From the NCBI RefSeq assembly GCF_009914755.1, contig NC_060934.1: a stretch of DNA of 64,000 bases, one strand, 5' to 3'. This stretch comes from the human T2T-CHM13v2.0 reference genome, Homo sapiens. The notes under the pieces are model-generated. The model was not told the origin of the DNA. It saw only the letters and a list, made by a program, of their open reading frames with translations, and searched no databases. Within the stretch, counting starts at the first letter, position 1, and each line of letters opens with the position of its first letter. The position numbers and the translations under genes are program-made. Positions 12,929-28,690 of the stretch are shown piece after piece.

Positions 12929-14810
12929 ATCTATCTATCTATCTATCATCTGTCTATCTAATTTTCATATATTTTCCCTTGTTATCTAGGTTTAATTTTC
13001 AGTTTTTGGATGGTATCCTTTGTAGCACACAAGTATTTAATTTAGATTTGGTCCAATGTGTCTATTTTTTTTTCCTTTTGTTGCTTGTGCTTCAGGTGTC
13101 AAATCTAATAAAGTATTCCCTAATCCAAGATCACAAAGATGTACATGTATGTTTTCTACTACAAGTTTTCCATTGTTAATGTTTAGCTATTTGACTCATT
13201 TTATTTGGAATTAATTTTTGTACATGTGTGGGGGAAGGAGGTCAAACTTCATTTTTTTGGATTGCCAAAAAATAGATGGTTTATTTCTGAACTTCAAATT
13301 CTATTCCACGTGTTTATCCTTATGGCAGTACCACACAGTCTTGATTAACATAGCTTACAGTAAGTTTTGTAACCAGGAAGTGTATATTTTCTTACCTTGT
13401 TCTTTTTTCAAGAATCTTTTGGCTATTCTGAGTCCCTTTTATTTCCACATGAATTTTAAGATCAGCCTGTCAATTTCTTGACAGACGCCAGCTGGAAATG
13501 TAATTGTGATTGTGTTGAATCTGTAGATAAATTTGGCATGTATTACCATCTTAACAACATTATATCTTCCTATCCATGAAAATAGAATGTCTCCATTTAT
13601 GTAAGTTTTCTTCAATATCTTCCAATGATGATTCGTAGTTTCAGTATACTAGTTTTATGCTTTTGTTGTTCAATTTATCAATAAGTAGTTTATTCTGTTA
13701 GATACTATTGTAAATGGAATTGTCTCTTAATTTCATTTTTGAATTGTTCCTTGCGAATGTATAGAAATACAATTGATTTTTATATACTGACTCTGTATTC
13801 TGCCATGTGCCCGAACTCATTTAATAGCTCTAATAGTATTTTTTAATGTCTTAGGATTTTCTATATACGATACGTTGCCATCTGCAAACAGACATTCCTT
13901 TACTTCTTCTTTTCCTATATGGACATCACTTATTATTTTTTCTTGCTTAATTGCCCTAGCTACAGCCTTCAGTATTATGTTAAGTATAGTGGTGAGTGTG
14001 GGCATCTCTGTACCATTTCTCATCTTAGAGTGATAATATTCACTTTTCACCATTAATTATCTAGTGGTTATCTTTTTTAGAGATGCTTCTTTTTTGTTTG
14101 AGGAAGTTTCCATCTATTTCTAATTTGTTGAGTGGTTTTGTCATGAAAGGCTTTTGTCAAATGCATTTTCTACATCTCTTTGGATGATCACGTGAAGGTA
14201 TTTGTTCTTTATTCTATTAAGGTGATGTCACCTTGATTATTTTTTGTATGTTGCATTCCTGGAATGAATCCCTCTTGTTCATAGTGTATAATCCTTTTGA
14301 TTTGTTGCCAGATTCTAATTGCTAGTATTTTATTGAAAACTTTTGTGTCTGTATTTACAAGGAATGTTCATCTGCAGTTTTCTTTTATCATGAGTTTTTT
14401 GTCTGGTTTCAGTATCAGGGTAATAATGACCTCATAGAATGTACTGAGAAGTGTTTTTCAGATTTTCTGTTTCTTCTTGAGTTCATTTTGATCATTTGTA
14501 TTTTCCTAGAAATTTGTACTTTTCATCTGGGTTATTTAATTTGTTAGCATAAATTTTTTATAGTATTTCCCTTACAATCCTTTTATTTCTATAAAGTTGA
14601 TTGTAATAGCTTCTCTTTTATTCTTCATTTTAATAATTTAAATATTTTCTCTTTTTCTTAGTCTAGCTAAAGGTTTTCCAATTTTGTTGCTCTTTTAGAT
14701 AAACCAACCTTTGCCTTTGCTGATTTTATCTATTTTTAAGATTTTATTTGTTTCAGCTCTAATGTTTATCATTTCCTATATTCTATTTGCTTTGGTTTTA
14801 GTTTGCTATT
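11975..14810 (-). mobile_element. L1MB-type element (3' UTR and ORF2, with internal deletions)
   Basis: Antisense 3' end 'ttgagatataactcacatac'; ORF 13817-14053 translates to L1 RT-like 'ILKAVARAIKQEKII..HIGKEEVK.CLFAD'. Confidence 0.9.
12867..12960. repeat. (ATCT)n/(GATA)n compound tetranucleotide microsatellite
   Basis: Direct reading. Confidence 0.97.
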
Positions 14811-14849
14811 TGTAATGGTTTTTTTAAATGTATGTGTTTGTTTATGTGC

Positions 14850-16260
14850 ATGTGTGGGTTTAATTTTACAAGTGGTATTGTTTTACATATTTTTTCTTTT
14901 GTTTATTTGATAAACTCAATTTTATCTTTTAAAAACCTGTGGAAATCCACTCTGAATGTCATATATTTAATAGTGAATAAATATGCCACATTATAAAAAA
15001 GTCCTTGTTGCAATTTACCTCCTTGTGTATTTTCCTTTATAGGTCCTTGAGAGAACTTCTTAGAGATAAAAGGATTCCTAGAATGTGATTGGGATAACTG
15101 TCATTAGTAGGCACTGATTGCTTTCCCCTTCTGTACCAGTTTGCATTCCTACCAGAAGTGCATTTGAATTCCTGTTTCCTCATGTCCTTGCTAACAATTG
15201 AATTTTACATTATTTTATCATCTGTTATTTTAATTTCTTAATTTTGGCATTATCAAAGTTGTAGAGCCTCATTCTTATCTTAATTTGTATTTCTCAGAAT
15301 GTTATTACAGATGAATCATTCATATGATTATTAGCCTTTGGATTTCTTAACCTCGGAGTTTCTGTTTTTATTCCTTTTCTTATTTTCATATAGTTTGTTA
15401 TCTTGGTCTGCTGTATCAAGAATAATGAACATTTTAAATTTTATTTCATGTTAGTTTCAAACACTGAGATATTGTCTCTAAATTTGCTATCCCATACTTA
15501 ACTATGTCTATGGTGTTTTTGAATTAAACACTTCAAATCTGATGTAAAGTCATCATTCCTCCCCTTGCTTAAAAGATTATGCCCTTTCCTCTAATTATAA
15601 AGGTGTTTTTCTAGTTTTTCTTTTGTAATCCATGTAGTTTTACATCTTTACTTTTTGGTATTCGGTGTGAGAGATCTAACTTTATTTTTTTCTTATATTG
15701 TTATCCAAGTTTTTTTTTAAACAAAACATTAAAAATATCTTGCATTATTTCAGTGATTTGTTAATGCTACTTGTGTAATATATCTACTATTTAGTATACA
15801 TCAGTCTGTTTCTGAGATACCTATTCTGTTCCACTGATTTATTTTATGTACCTTTCAGTGACAGCACCGCAGGTTGAGGTGAAGTTACTGGTCTGTATGT
15901 GTTGTATCGTCAGATGGGACAAGTACTCCCTCTTTATTTCTCTTTTCCAATTATCTTAGCTATTTGTAGACCATTATTCTTTCAAAACAGTTGCATTTGG
16001 TTTCTAAACTATTCAATAAAATTTTAATAAAACATCATAAAATGATTAGTTTATATATTAGTTTGATATTGCAATGTTTGCAATGATAGGCCAAATCATC
16101 TATTGCTGTGACATATCTTCCTTTTTATTCAAGTCTTTCATGTGCTTCAGCAGAGCTTTTAATACATGTGTAAGTATATATACACACATAAAATTGAGTC
16201 ATGTTTTTGATATTTTTCTGCAATTTTCTACTATACATTTTCTATTACTCGGATACTGTT
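14850..16260 (-). mobile_element. Older L1ME-like fragments
   Basis: T-rich antisense L1 text 'ctgtaccagtttgcattcctaccag' and 'ctattctgttccactgattt'. Confidence 0.65.
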
Positions 16261-17166
16261 ATGAGTAACTGTAACTGAAAAATATGTCCCTGGTAGTCGT
16301 TTTTAAAACTCAGTGTTCAAAAGTAACAATGGTGTAAAATTTAAGCTCCACAGGTAATTCTCATATAAATTATGTACCAAGATAATAAAAAATAGACTTG
16401 TATTTTCAGCCAAGATGTAGAATATATGAGAATTGCAACAATCCAAGCACAAGATTTTTTTTTTGCAATGGTGACTATCACTGCTGTGTAGAAATTCTTG
16501 AAAGATTATTTGAAGTAACTTAATAACATCTCATTTTAACTCATTGCTGTGTCATTAAATTATGTCTTCTCTACTCATATTGCGTTCTTCAAATAGATAA
16601 GTTTTTTTTTTAAAAATGAGACATTGAATCCATGAGTATTCAAAGAAAGTGAAAAGATACCTATAATTAGATTGACGTCTCCATAAGAATGAAGAATAGT
16701 TATGCATCGCAGTGTTAATATAGTGAGTAGTCACCGATAAAATTGAATTAGATAACTCATACAAAGTGGTATATGCTTAACAATTGATTTTTCTTTTAGT
16801 TGTGAATATATACATCCTTCATTGCCTATACCCTAAAACTTATTTTTACCTTTTATACTTATACCTATACCTCACTTACAACTATATCTACATTTATGAA
16901 GAATAGTGTTCGGGAAATAACAGATTCTTGGAGAATCTGGAAAAGGTGAAAAAGGAAGGTCCAGGGAAAACACATCTGCTATGCCATGATCCCTTAGCTA
17001 AATTTTCATTACTGAGCTTTATACAAAGCTTATTGTGGGTAACTGAAGAAATAAAAAATAGGAAGAGCTGCAATCTTGGCTAAAATTTGATCCTAAGAAC
17101 TTGAAAGTGGAATAAATATTGTACACAACCTATCAATTGCCACTTTACATTCTTCAGTATGTTTCA

Positions 17167-17248
17167 CATAGAATACGATCATTATGCAGGCTATTTAGTT
17201 ACTCTTGCATAGAATACGATCATTATGCAGGCTATTTAATTACTCTTG
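17167..17248. repeat. 41-bp tandem duplication
   Basis: catagaatacgatcattatgcaggctattta(g/a)ttactcttg twice, one mismatch. Confidence 0.97.
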
Positions 17249-17709
17249 AAAAACTATGGAAGAGGTATTTATTTCCGTAAAAATAAGGAAAAAAATCTAT
17301 TGTCTTCAGCAAAAATGTTTGAGACCTAGTAATGTATATTGTAGACAGTCTTGAATCTCACCATCTTTTATTTGGAGAAATGTTTCTTTTGTAAGCACCA
17401 TTTAGTCTGTGCCTGACCTGCATCTATTTCTTGTCTATGTGGATATATACGCGTTCTGGTTCAGAAGGTGACTCACAAGAAATCAAATACCAAGAATTCT
17501 GAAGTTGCAGGATGGATGAGCAGAAATGGCTTTGATATCCTACTGGGGTATTGATTATTAAAAGGAAATGAGCTTGATTTAGAGAGATTTCTCTGTACTG
17601 TGATGCTGACGCAGCACATGTGCTATCTAAGATGAAATGATGTGAACTTTCACAAACATATTAATATGTGATTTTTTCGTTCAATTTGACTTTTAACATT
17701 TAAAATTTA

Positions 17710-17905
17710 CTATGTTCCATATATTATGCAAAACACTTTACATGGATTACTTCACTTAAGACAACAACCATTAGATACAGTGATTTTTAATATTCTTCTT
17801 TTAAATATGAGGAGTATTTAAGTGAATTTTCTCAAGTGCTGGCAGCTGGCTAGTGGTAGAATAGGATTTAAAACCAGGCAGTTAATTTCCAAAAACTGTG
17901 CTCAC
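17710..17905 (-). mobile_element. MIR
   Basis: 'cagctggctagtggtagaataggatttaaaaccaggcag' MIR core-like text. Confidence 0.65.
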
Positions 17906-18352
17906 ATACAATATGCAGATTCATTTTTTCCTGATTTGATTGTATTATTGGAACCAGAACAAGGCCACTCTCCATGGGTAATGGTGCTTCCACTAACAAC
18001 AGTCTATATGTGCCAATTAATTTAGAAGGAGGCAGCTCTTGTTACAAGAAACAAAGACTGATGAGACTAGATAAAAATAGTTTAAGAAATAATTTTATTA
18101 TGAAAATTTATAAAATACAGCTTGCTTTCTCTCCTTCTTTCTTTTATTCTTTCGTTCATCTTTCTTTTTTAATTAAAGGAAAATAAGGCATCTGAATGGA
18201 GATGCCATGTACCTTAGTAAAAATAAATGAATAAATAAATACTGTATAATATAATAAACCCCCATATAGGCATTTTCCAGGTTCGAATATTATCAGCATT
18301 TAACACTCTAGTTTCACCTATATAAACCCCGACTCATTCTCTCTTACCCCTA

Positions 18353-18650
<298 letters not shown>

Positions 18651-19624
18651 TGATTGTATTTTTTAAAGCAATTCCCTAATGTTACATAATTTCTTCAATA
18701 AATGTTTCAGTGTATACTTCTAGAAGACAAATACTCCCTCCTTTTAAACATAACAATAACAATCATTATACCTAAAACAAATAATTTCTTAATCTCATCA
18801 AATACATAATCAGTTTCAAATTCATCTAATTGTTTCATTTAAAAAAATTGATTTGTTTGCATCACAATGCAAATCCAAGAAGAAATTTATTCTTTTTCCT
18901 TTGGCTTATTGTCTCTGAGGTAGGTTCCAAGAAGCCTAAGGATGCTGAGGACACACATGGGTTGTGGGAATAAAATGACATCTACCCAATCAAGACACCC
19001 TATGGGCAGGGCAAGGGAAGGCTTTTAAGAGTTTCAGGAGACTGTGGATGTCAAATGGAGTCCAGCATAATAATTAATTTGTAGTTAATTACTGTGAGAA
19101 ATCTTATGCTGTTATTTCTGAATTTTGATGAACACTAGCAAATGTGGCAGCCTAGTGTCTATGAAGTTTTGGGCCATGGGAAAGGGAAGTCTCTGTCCAT
19201 CACTGAGTAAAAAGGTTAATAGTATCAGAAACTCAGGGATAGTAAGAAATAATAGTAAGAAGGAATATTAATAATAGTACTGAGATACTAGCCCAAGGTA
19301 GAATTTTGGTAGTCGTGTCTCATGGTATATACAAACAATACTTGAAATCATGTGAATGCACATATATGAGTGTACATGTCCTCATGTAAGGACTCAGTGA
19401 GGGATAATATAGAGAAGTATAAAACACGAAGAATTAGGGAACAGAGAGCTCTCATGTCTGTTTGTTAAAGAAACATCACTTATTTGAGCATGCCTTGGAA
19501 GCCTGAATACATATAGGCACACCCTTTGGAAAGATGGTAATCAAGGCAACTTTTTAGGTGTTGGCAGAAGGCCACACACCTGGTCACATAGTGATAGGCC
19601 TTGAAGTATCTGTGAAGGGCTTAG

Positions 19625-20108
<484 letters not shown>

Positions 20109-20945
20109 ATATTGGAGATGCATATATAATGTGATATGTTAAGTTACACCTCAATTACAATGAATACCAACACATTATAACAACAAAATAAAGCCTGTAT
20201 TAACAGTTTTCTTTTTCTACACTGACCTCAGTATGCTGAGAGCTTTTCTGAGGTGCAGCAAAATTGTCCATCCATCATTTCCAGCACACCATGTTTTAAT
20301 GTTATAAGAATATTAGTAAAGGAAGAAGAATGTGCGCTTTTTCCCAAGAGAGGCATATTTACAAAGATTTCAAATTATATTTTATTCATGTAGGTTGCAT
20401 CAAAATCAGTGAGATATTATTCATGATTGTTAAAAATTGTAAGCCAACCTAATGCCCAGCAAAGGAAAGTTGTTAAGTAAACTACGGAGCAACAACCTGA
20501 TGGGACATTATGCATCCACAAACAGTGAGCATTTTGAAGACTCTGTAAGGAAACTGAAATGAAGATGTAAAACGGTTTTTAGGGGGTTATAGGAAATTTT
20601 GCTTTATTCATTTTACTATTAATGTGCTATAATGTTCCCACAATTAATAGTTATTGAAAAATTAATAAACAGAAGATGAAACTGAATTAGTTTAAGAAAT
20701 TATTTGTGAAAAAGAAACATGTTCATTAAGTCTGCAAATGGACATAATGAAACAGAATATGTTAATTTCAAGCTGAGCATAAACTGACTTGGCCTGAGTC
20801 AATAGCAGGCTTAATTTTAAGTGTTGTGTCTACAATGTATTAGTGAGACAATGGTAGCTGTTTAAAGAAATAAGACGGAAACAATTCAAGGCAAAATGAA
20901 CAATTAATTTAATCTAATAGAAAGTAATTTAAATCATCTGTTTGA

Positions 20946-21278
<333 letters not shown>

Positions 21279-21789
21279 AAACTTAACTTTTTAATAAAAT
21301 AAACTTTTTAAACATACTGCTTCCATGAATATTACTTACATATCAGATCTCACCTCCACAAAGTCAATTTTTTACATTAAAAAATCTAAAGTATAGACAA
21401 ATATAATATTTTCCCCAGTTTTTTAGATATAATTTTACACAGAAAAATTTTGAAGACAGTGCACAGATCTTTCCATTATTAATTTTTATCCCACTTTTTT
21501 ACTTTGTGCATGCTCTTTCTATGTATATATGTTTAATATTTTTTCAGGATACTGATACTATATGTTAGTATTTAATTATAATATATTATGTCCTATCTAT
21601 ATGTAAATAATATAATTCAATTATATAACAACTATAATGGCTTCCCTCTATACATGTTTTCCAAAAACTAATATAATGTTATTTTTAATTATATGCCATA
21701 ATTAATTGCATAACATTAATGTATCAAATAGTTAATATATTAATAATTATATTTTAGATATAGTTTAGATTTCAATGAACCATAGATAA

Positions 21790-22072
21790 AAACTTAGGGG
21801 ATTAAAAAAAAAAGAATAACTGCACCGATCATGTAGACTATTTTTCTTCTTATTTTTTAAAACAATACAGTATAACAACTTTTACATAGAATTTACATTG
21901 TACTAGGTATTGTATGTAATCTAGAGGTGATTTAAAATATAAGGGTGGATGGGCATAGATTATATGCAAACACTATGCCATTTTATATAAGGAACTTAAG
22001 CGTCTGTGAATTTTGGTATCCTCAAGTGGTGGGTCCTGAAACCAATGCCCTGCTGATACTGAGGGATTACTC
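21790..22072 (-). mobile_element. MER2 (TcMar-Tigger)
   Basis: 'atgcaaacactatgccattttatataagg...ttttggtatcc...gtcctgaaaccaat...gatactgaggga'. Confidence 0.8.
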
Positions 22073-22088
22073 TACATATATACATATA

Positions 22089-22094
<6 letters not shown>

Positions 22095-22127
<33 letters not shown>
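22095..22127. repeat. (TG)n microsatellite
   Basis: Direct reading. Confidence 0.97.
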
Positions 22128-22130
<3 letters not shown>

Positions 22131-22970
22131 CACACGTATATGTGTCGGTGTGTATTTTCCAGAATATTATTTCCAGAAGACCAAGAGGAGAGGAGAGAGT
22201 GATGAAAAAGTAGCAGCTAATATGCTTGGAAAACTTTAATTTCTATTTCCTAAGATCAAGAACATTTTTTACACATACATAGTACAATCATAGCATGGTT
22301 ACCATGTAGAGTACACTTTGACAATAATGAGGGATAATGAATTAAATATTGAAAATATTTTCCATAAAGCATTTTAAAATGTAAAGTATGATGATATTGA
22401 AGAACAACAATGAAAAGAAGTTATACAATGGCTTTTTCAAAAAGAAGCAATGAGCCTATGGCTATGATGCACTAGCTGTATATAATAGATCAACCATTCT
22501 TCAGAAGATTAATGGAAAGCTAGTTTTAAAAACAACAAATTTTCTTGATGGTATCTTCAAGGTAGCTAGGATTTGAGAGGCCAAGATCTCAGAGAAAAGG
22601 AAAGCTCTCTGGGCAGCTAAACGTCCATGGCTTCTCTTCTTAAAACATCCTCAAAACCAACACTAATATAAGTTTAAGTTCCTAATTTCAGCTCTTAGCA
22701 GTCTCTTTCCACTGTCAAAAATAGAAACTTGGAACTTAGAGCACTCTCAGGTGGAGTATTTCCAGGCTTTCACTTGAGGTCCCTGAAAGATCACACTGTA
22801 AAACTGAGGGTAAATCAGAAAGAAACTAGAACTTACAAAGCTTAAAACCAAGTTTGGTTGTAGAAAAATGATCTACTTTCACTTTAATAGCCTGCTAATA
22901 TGTACAGAAAATTGCTGGAAAAATACGTTATCTGTAATCTCTTATTTTTTAATACACAATGTTTAGGAAC

Positions 22971-23514
22971 TGTTGGAAACAGATAATCGGTGCCACGAAG
23001 AAAAGTCAGCACAGAGACAAAGGATCTCTCAGCAAGGCAATCTTTACTTTCTGCAGAAAGGGTGCCCTTCACAGATGGAACAGTAGCGAGAGCACATTTG
23101 AACAAAGGAAAAGCAGACATATTTATCCCTTAAGCATTTTGGTTGTCCTTACTTCTGTGTCCTGCATCCATTGGCTGGAGCTGGACCTCACAGTCCTAAA
23201 CTGATACCCGATTTGCTAACAACCTGAAACTTTCCTAAATAGGTAAGTGCAAACAAAGAAGGAGAGGAAGTTGCTTATGAAAGGTTTAAGGAAGCAATAA
23301 CATTTCCAAATAAGGAAGGAGCATCAGCTATGAGCTAAGACTTGCCTGGGCCTGTCTGGACACGCCTGAGTAAGCCAAAGCAACTAATTGGGCTAAAGTA
23401 TAAGAACTGATAGTTGATAGAAGGCTTTAGAGTAAGAAGCTATTATTCCTACTGTCTATTATTTTATTTTTAAATCAAGATGAGCTTTGAAGAGGAACTT
23501 TTCTACTTTCTACA
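22971..23514 (-). mobile_element. ERV1 solo LTR, LTR10-family-like
   Basis: TG...CA termini, perfect 5-bp TSD GGAAC (22966-22970 and 23515-23519), minus strand begins TGTAGAAAGTAGAAAAGTTCCTCTTCAAAG, AGTAAA poly(A) signal; subfamily from recall. Confidence 0.8.
23338..23367. promoter_or_regulatory. Candidate p53 response element (3 contiguous half-sites)
   Basis: AGACTTGCCT GGGCCTGTCT GGACACGCCT against RRRCWWGYYY: 0, 1 and 1 mismatches, no spacer. Confidence 0.6.
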
Positions 23515-25334
23515 GGAACCAGTAAACTTACCTGGAAAACTAATTAACAAGAATAAGTTAAAACAGACAATAAAAACAGATTCACAAGGTTGTCAGATAT
23601 ATATTTTTAAGATAACAACTGATAAATATGTTCAGAAAAATAAATGACAGGATGAAGAACTATAGAATTGAAAACTATGACAAATAAAATTATTAATACA
23701 ATATATAGGATTAATAGCAGGTTATTTATAGCTAAAGAGAAGATTTGTATTCCGGAAAATAGGGCATTAGGACTTCTTCAAAGTAAGACATGGAGAAAAA
23801 AGAGTCAAAAAATATAATAATGACTATAATATCTTAGGTGGAATATACTGATAAGTTTTCTTATCTATTGGATACCCACAAGGCAAAAAGAGAGATAATA
23901 TTTGGGAGAGATTATGGTTAAGAATTTTTAAAATCTGATAAAAGATATAAAGTCATAGAGTCAATGAGCTGAAACAAAAAAAAAAGGCAGGGTAATTACA
24001 AAGAAAATCCTACTAAGGCATATCGTAGCCAAATTGCTGAAAATAAAAAATATTGAAAAATTTTAGAACCATTTAAAGAAAAATGTCAGATTGTCTTCAA
24101 ACGTCAACAAAGGACATACAGCCAATTACACAGTGAAAAGAGCATGAGCCACAAGAAATGAGATATATAAAGTCCCAAAAGAAAATAACTGTAGGCATAC
24201 AATTTAATACCCAAATAATATATTCTTCCAATTTAATGTGAAAAAGGCATTTTCAAATCAATAAAAGCTGATAGAATTTATTATCAGCAGAACTACATTA
24301 AAAGAGACATTAAAAAATATTTTCGAGGCAGAAGAAAGTAGGATCCCAAATAGAAACAAAGAAATACAGGAAGGAAGAAAAATAATGGGAAGGGTAAATA
24401 TAAAATGAATGTTTACTATTAAAAATAATACTCATGATGTTTTATGGGGTTTGAAATACAAGCAAAATACAAATACTCTGATGGACTTATGTTTTCAGCC
24501 ATAATCAAATAGATTGGAGGAGACTAAGGCCCCACTGAAGACAGCTAGAAAAGCTGCATAAAATAGGTTTGTTTGTTTTTAGTAATCTGTTTAAAGGCAT
24601 CAGCTTTGAGCTGGCAAGGCAGCCAGGAGTTGAGAAGCCATATCCTGGAGAGAAGCTTATTGAGATAAACCAACTTCCTGTATGCTAATGAGAATCTCTC
24701 AAGGCGTTATCCAAATCTTATCACAGGCAAGAGGGTAAGGAGCTAGGTGTAGAGCAGTGCTAAGGGATAGAGAAGCTAATAGAGCTTTAGGCAACCTACG
24801 GAGTTGCGAGACAAAAAAAAATTGCATTTTGGGGCTGCCAAAACAACCAGAATTTAGAAGGCCAAGATCTGATAGAGAAGGCAACTGCAGGCAAGTGAGA
24901 ACAATACTTAACATAGATTTTCTCCTTTAGTCATTTGTAATTAAGCTTCAAAGGGCAAGTGACAAAATAGCCAAACACAAAGGAGCATAAAAAAAGAGAA
25001 TAATTTTTGGCAATGTCACGGTGCAAGGAAGACAGATATTTGAATTCAGAACTCAGAAAAAAAGAAGGGGCCCTCAGAAACACTCGCTGGACTCCTGGAA
25101 GGTCACTTAGTAGGAGTAGGGGAAAACAGAAATAAATATGTCCTTTCAAAGGCTGCAGAGCAGCCTTGAATGAGCTAAATTTGTGGCTCCATTGAGATGA
25201 TCTGCTGCTGTACTGCCATCTAGAGGGCAGGGTTAAGCTTTTCTGAAGGAAGATAACATCCATGGCGTCTAAAATGGATGGCATACAATGCAAAATTAGC
25301 ATTCAATTTAAAAATAAAAAATAAACATTGCGCT

Positions 25335-25888
25335 TTAAAGATTGCAAAAAGTTATCCCAATTGTATTGTTACTTGAATCTATGTTCCTTGCAATATGTCT
25401 TTGCTGTTCTTCCATCAGGAGACAGAGGACATTTCCCCATCCGTTGTATCTAGGCAGACAATGGGTTGAGATGAGCTGTGACTTATATGAATATGCTGAA
25501 AGTGATCATGTATCAGTTCAGGGCTCAAGATTTGTGTACTTCTCTCTCTTTCTCTTTCTCCCTCTCTGTCTCTCTGTTTTTGATTCCTATAACCACCACA
25601 TGAATAGCCTGGTCTAACATATTAGAGAATGAGGGACGACATGGAAGAGAGCCCAGAGCCCATTTGATCTATCTGATATTTCCTAGATCAGTTTAAAGTT
25701 CATCTCAAACTTGTGAAAGGGTGAAGCCATGATTGATAGATACACCAACTTTATACCCAGCTGACTGCAGATACATAGTGGAGCCCAAATGAGATGAGAA
25801 CTACAAGGAGTTGATTGGTAGATTCATGAGCAATAGGAGACACTCAGTTTTGGAGTTGCTTATAATACAGCAGTAGCTAACTGAAAAA
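25335..25888 (+). mobile_element. MLT1-family (ERVL-MaLR) solo LTR
   Basis: End 'ttttggagttgcttataatacagcagtagctaactga'; 'cccagctgactgcagatac'. Confidence 0.65.
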
Positions 25889-25889
25889 C

Positions 25890-26750
25890 TTATTAATAGA
25901 AAGTAAGAGAAAAACCAGACAATAGAAACATACCTTTAAATGATCCAGTTATTGAAGATACTAGACATGGGCTTTACAACACCTGTGATTAATATATTCA
26001 CTAACATTCAGACTAAGAGCCAAGTTGTCAACAGAAAGAGCAGGAAAACAGAATACAATGGAAAAACAACTTTAAAATTCTGAATGAATATGTTTCAATC
26101 TAGAATTCTATAGCCCCTGAATATATTTTTCACAATTAAAGTTGAAATAAAAACATCTCTAAGGAATTAAAAAGACACAAAAAAGAGAGAGATTATTACC
26201 TGTAGAACCTCACAAAATTTAAATAAAATGTTAATGGCAGAATACTTCAGTCACTAGGAAAACTTAAAAAAATAACCCTAGATTACCCCGCCCCACAAAT
26301 GCAGAGAGGTGAAGAGCAACAGAAAGTGTCATATATGGATATAAATGAATAAATATTGAGTATACAAAAATTTTAAAATAATATTAGGTGATGACTAAAA
26401 TACATATAAAAATACATGTCAACAATTTTACAGGAGAGGGACAAGTGGAGTTAAAGAAACCCCAAATTCAATAAATTCTTGGAACTAGATAAAATTAATA
26501 CTTATAAATATCATGAGTAAAACTGGGGGCCTCCATACAGACTTGAAGAGAGTATTTTGAACAACTTTATGGCACTAAATTTAAAAAATGTAGTTAAATG
26601 GAAAACTTCATTTAAAAAGATAATTTATTAAAATCAACCCAAGATGAAATTTAAAATCTGTATTATTGTATTTTTATTACTGTGGTTAAATCTGTAATTG
26701 AGTATTTTCTGCCAACAACGTGAGGCTGTGATGGTTTCACTGGTAAATAC
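25890..26750 (+). mobile_element. Old L1M fragments
   Basis: 'tcaatctagaattctatagccc', 'gaacaactttatggcactaaattt', 'atggtttcactggtaaat'. Confidence 0.6.
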
Positions 26751-27405
26751 CTAGAGTTGTTTTCATTCCTTTTTTAATTGCCAATTTTGAAATTTATTTC
26801 TTGTGACAATGCTGCAAGGTAGATTAACCCGTTTCACAAATTAGGAAACTGAGATTTAAAGAGTGTGTGAATAAAGGTTAGATTTGACTTTACGTAATAA
26901 TAAAAAAAGTTGCTCAAAGAAAACAGGAGTTTTTTCTCTTATGCGACCATGAATCTCAGTAATTTCATTCATAATATGGTATTCATAATATTGCTTTTCT
27001 AAAAGATGGAGTTTTTGTCAGATGATTTCTTAGGGATCGATAATTCTAGCAGGGAAGAAAAATCAAATTAGGTTTGTATTATGTAACTTTGCAAATCTCT
27101 ATTTTGTGTTATATATTCAAACTTCTGGGGATTCTTGAGTTCTACTATTTGTTTTGTTAAGCTAAAATTTTCTGTGAATTATTGGAAATCAGTCGTTTTC
27201 TGTATCTTTTACCGAGACAAGGAACTAAGCCTGCAGATTTTGTATTCGAGACAGCATTATTAGTATACTCTGTTTCAATGAAAACTGAAAGCATACATCC
27301 GTTCATTTACTTCACTCATTCAACAAGTATTTTGTGATCATCTATGTTGTGATAGATATAGAGCAAACACCTAATTCATGCCATCATGAAGTTTGTCATG
27401 CATAG

Positions 27406-27715
<310 letters not shown>

Positions 27716-27762
27716 CATTAATCAAAATTTTGAAAGTAAATCCATATCTCCCAACACTGTTA

Positions 27763-28206
<444 letters not shown>

Positions 28207-28489
28207 TCACTCACTAGGCCAGGTGGGGAGGTTGTGGTGGGACAGTGTGGAGCAAAAGAGGAACTGTAGGCCGAAAGGAGCGGGATCTGCGCGAGAGGCA
28301 CCATGAACAAGTAGAGTGACTGTGGCAAAGCAAATGGAGGGCCAGTGGTTCGGGAATGGGCGGGGGAATGGGAGAGGGTGTGCAAAGGGGCAACCGCAGT
28401 GACTCCTCATGCTGCAAGTCTTGTCACGTCTATCCACTGTGAAGAAACTGTTGCGATGATAAATTAGATGCAAATAATAATGCCTTAGT

Positions 28490-28690
28490 GTTTAAAAGGA
28501 ATACAGGATGGGGAGGGGAGTTCTTTTGTAAGGGGTATAGAGTAGTAGGCTTGCCAGGTGAAGAAGTTCTGGATATCCGCTTCACAACAATGTGAATATA
28601 CTTAACACTACTGAACTGTACACTTAAAAAGGGCTCAGATGGCAAATTTTATGTTACTTTTTAAAAATTACAATAAAAAATGACTGCAAA
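28490..28690 (+). mobile_element. L1MB-type 3' end
   Basis: 'caacaatgtgaatatacttaacactactgaactgtacacttaaaaa'. Confidence 0.85.

Larger units (their letters stand above)
22400..25320 (+). mobile_element. Old L1M 5'/ORF1 fragments, interrupted by the LTR at 22971
   Basis: ORF1-like A-rich text 'ctaaggcatatcgtagccaaattgctgaaaa'; related 5'-UTR-like blocks near 22560 and 24860 ('aggccaagatct'). Confidence 0.6.

Noticed and set aside
12832-13179. 115-aa hydrophobic ORF with IYLS repeats
   Set aside because: Read-through of the (ATCT)n microsatellite and antisense L1.
27006-27071. Short ATG-to-TAG frame with exon-like borders (MEFLSDDFLGIDNSSREEKSN)
   Set aside because: Weak donor, 21 codons, no recognisable homology.
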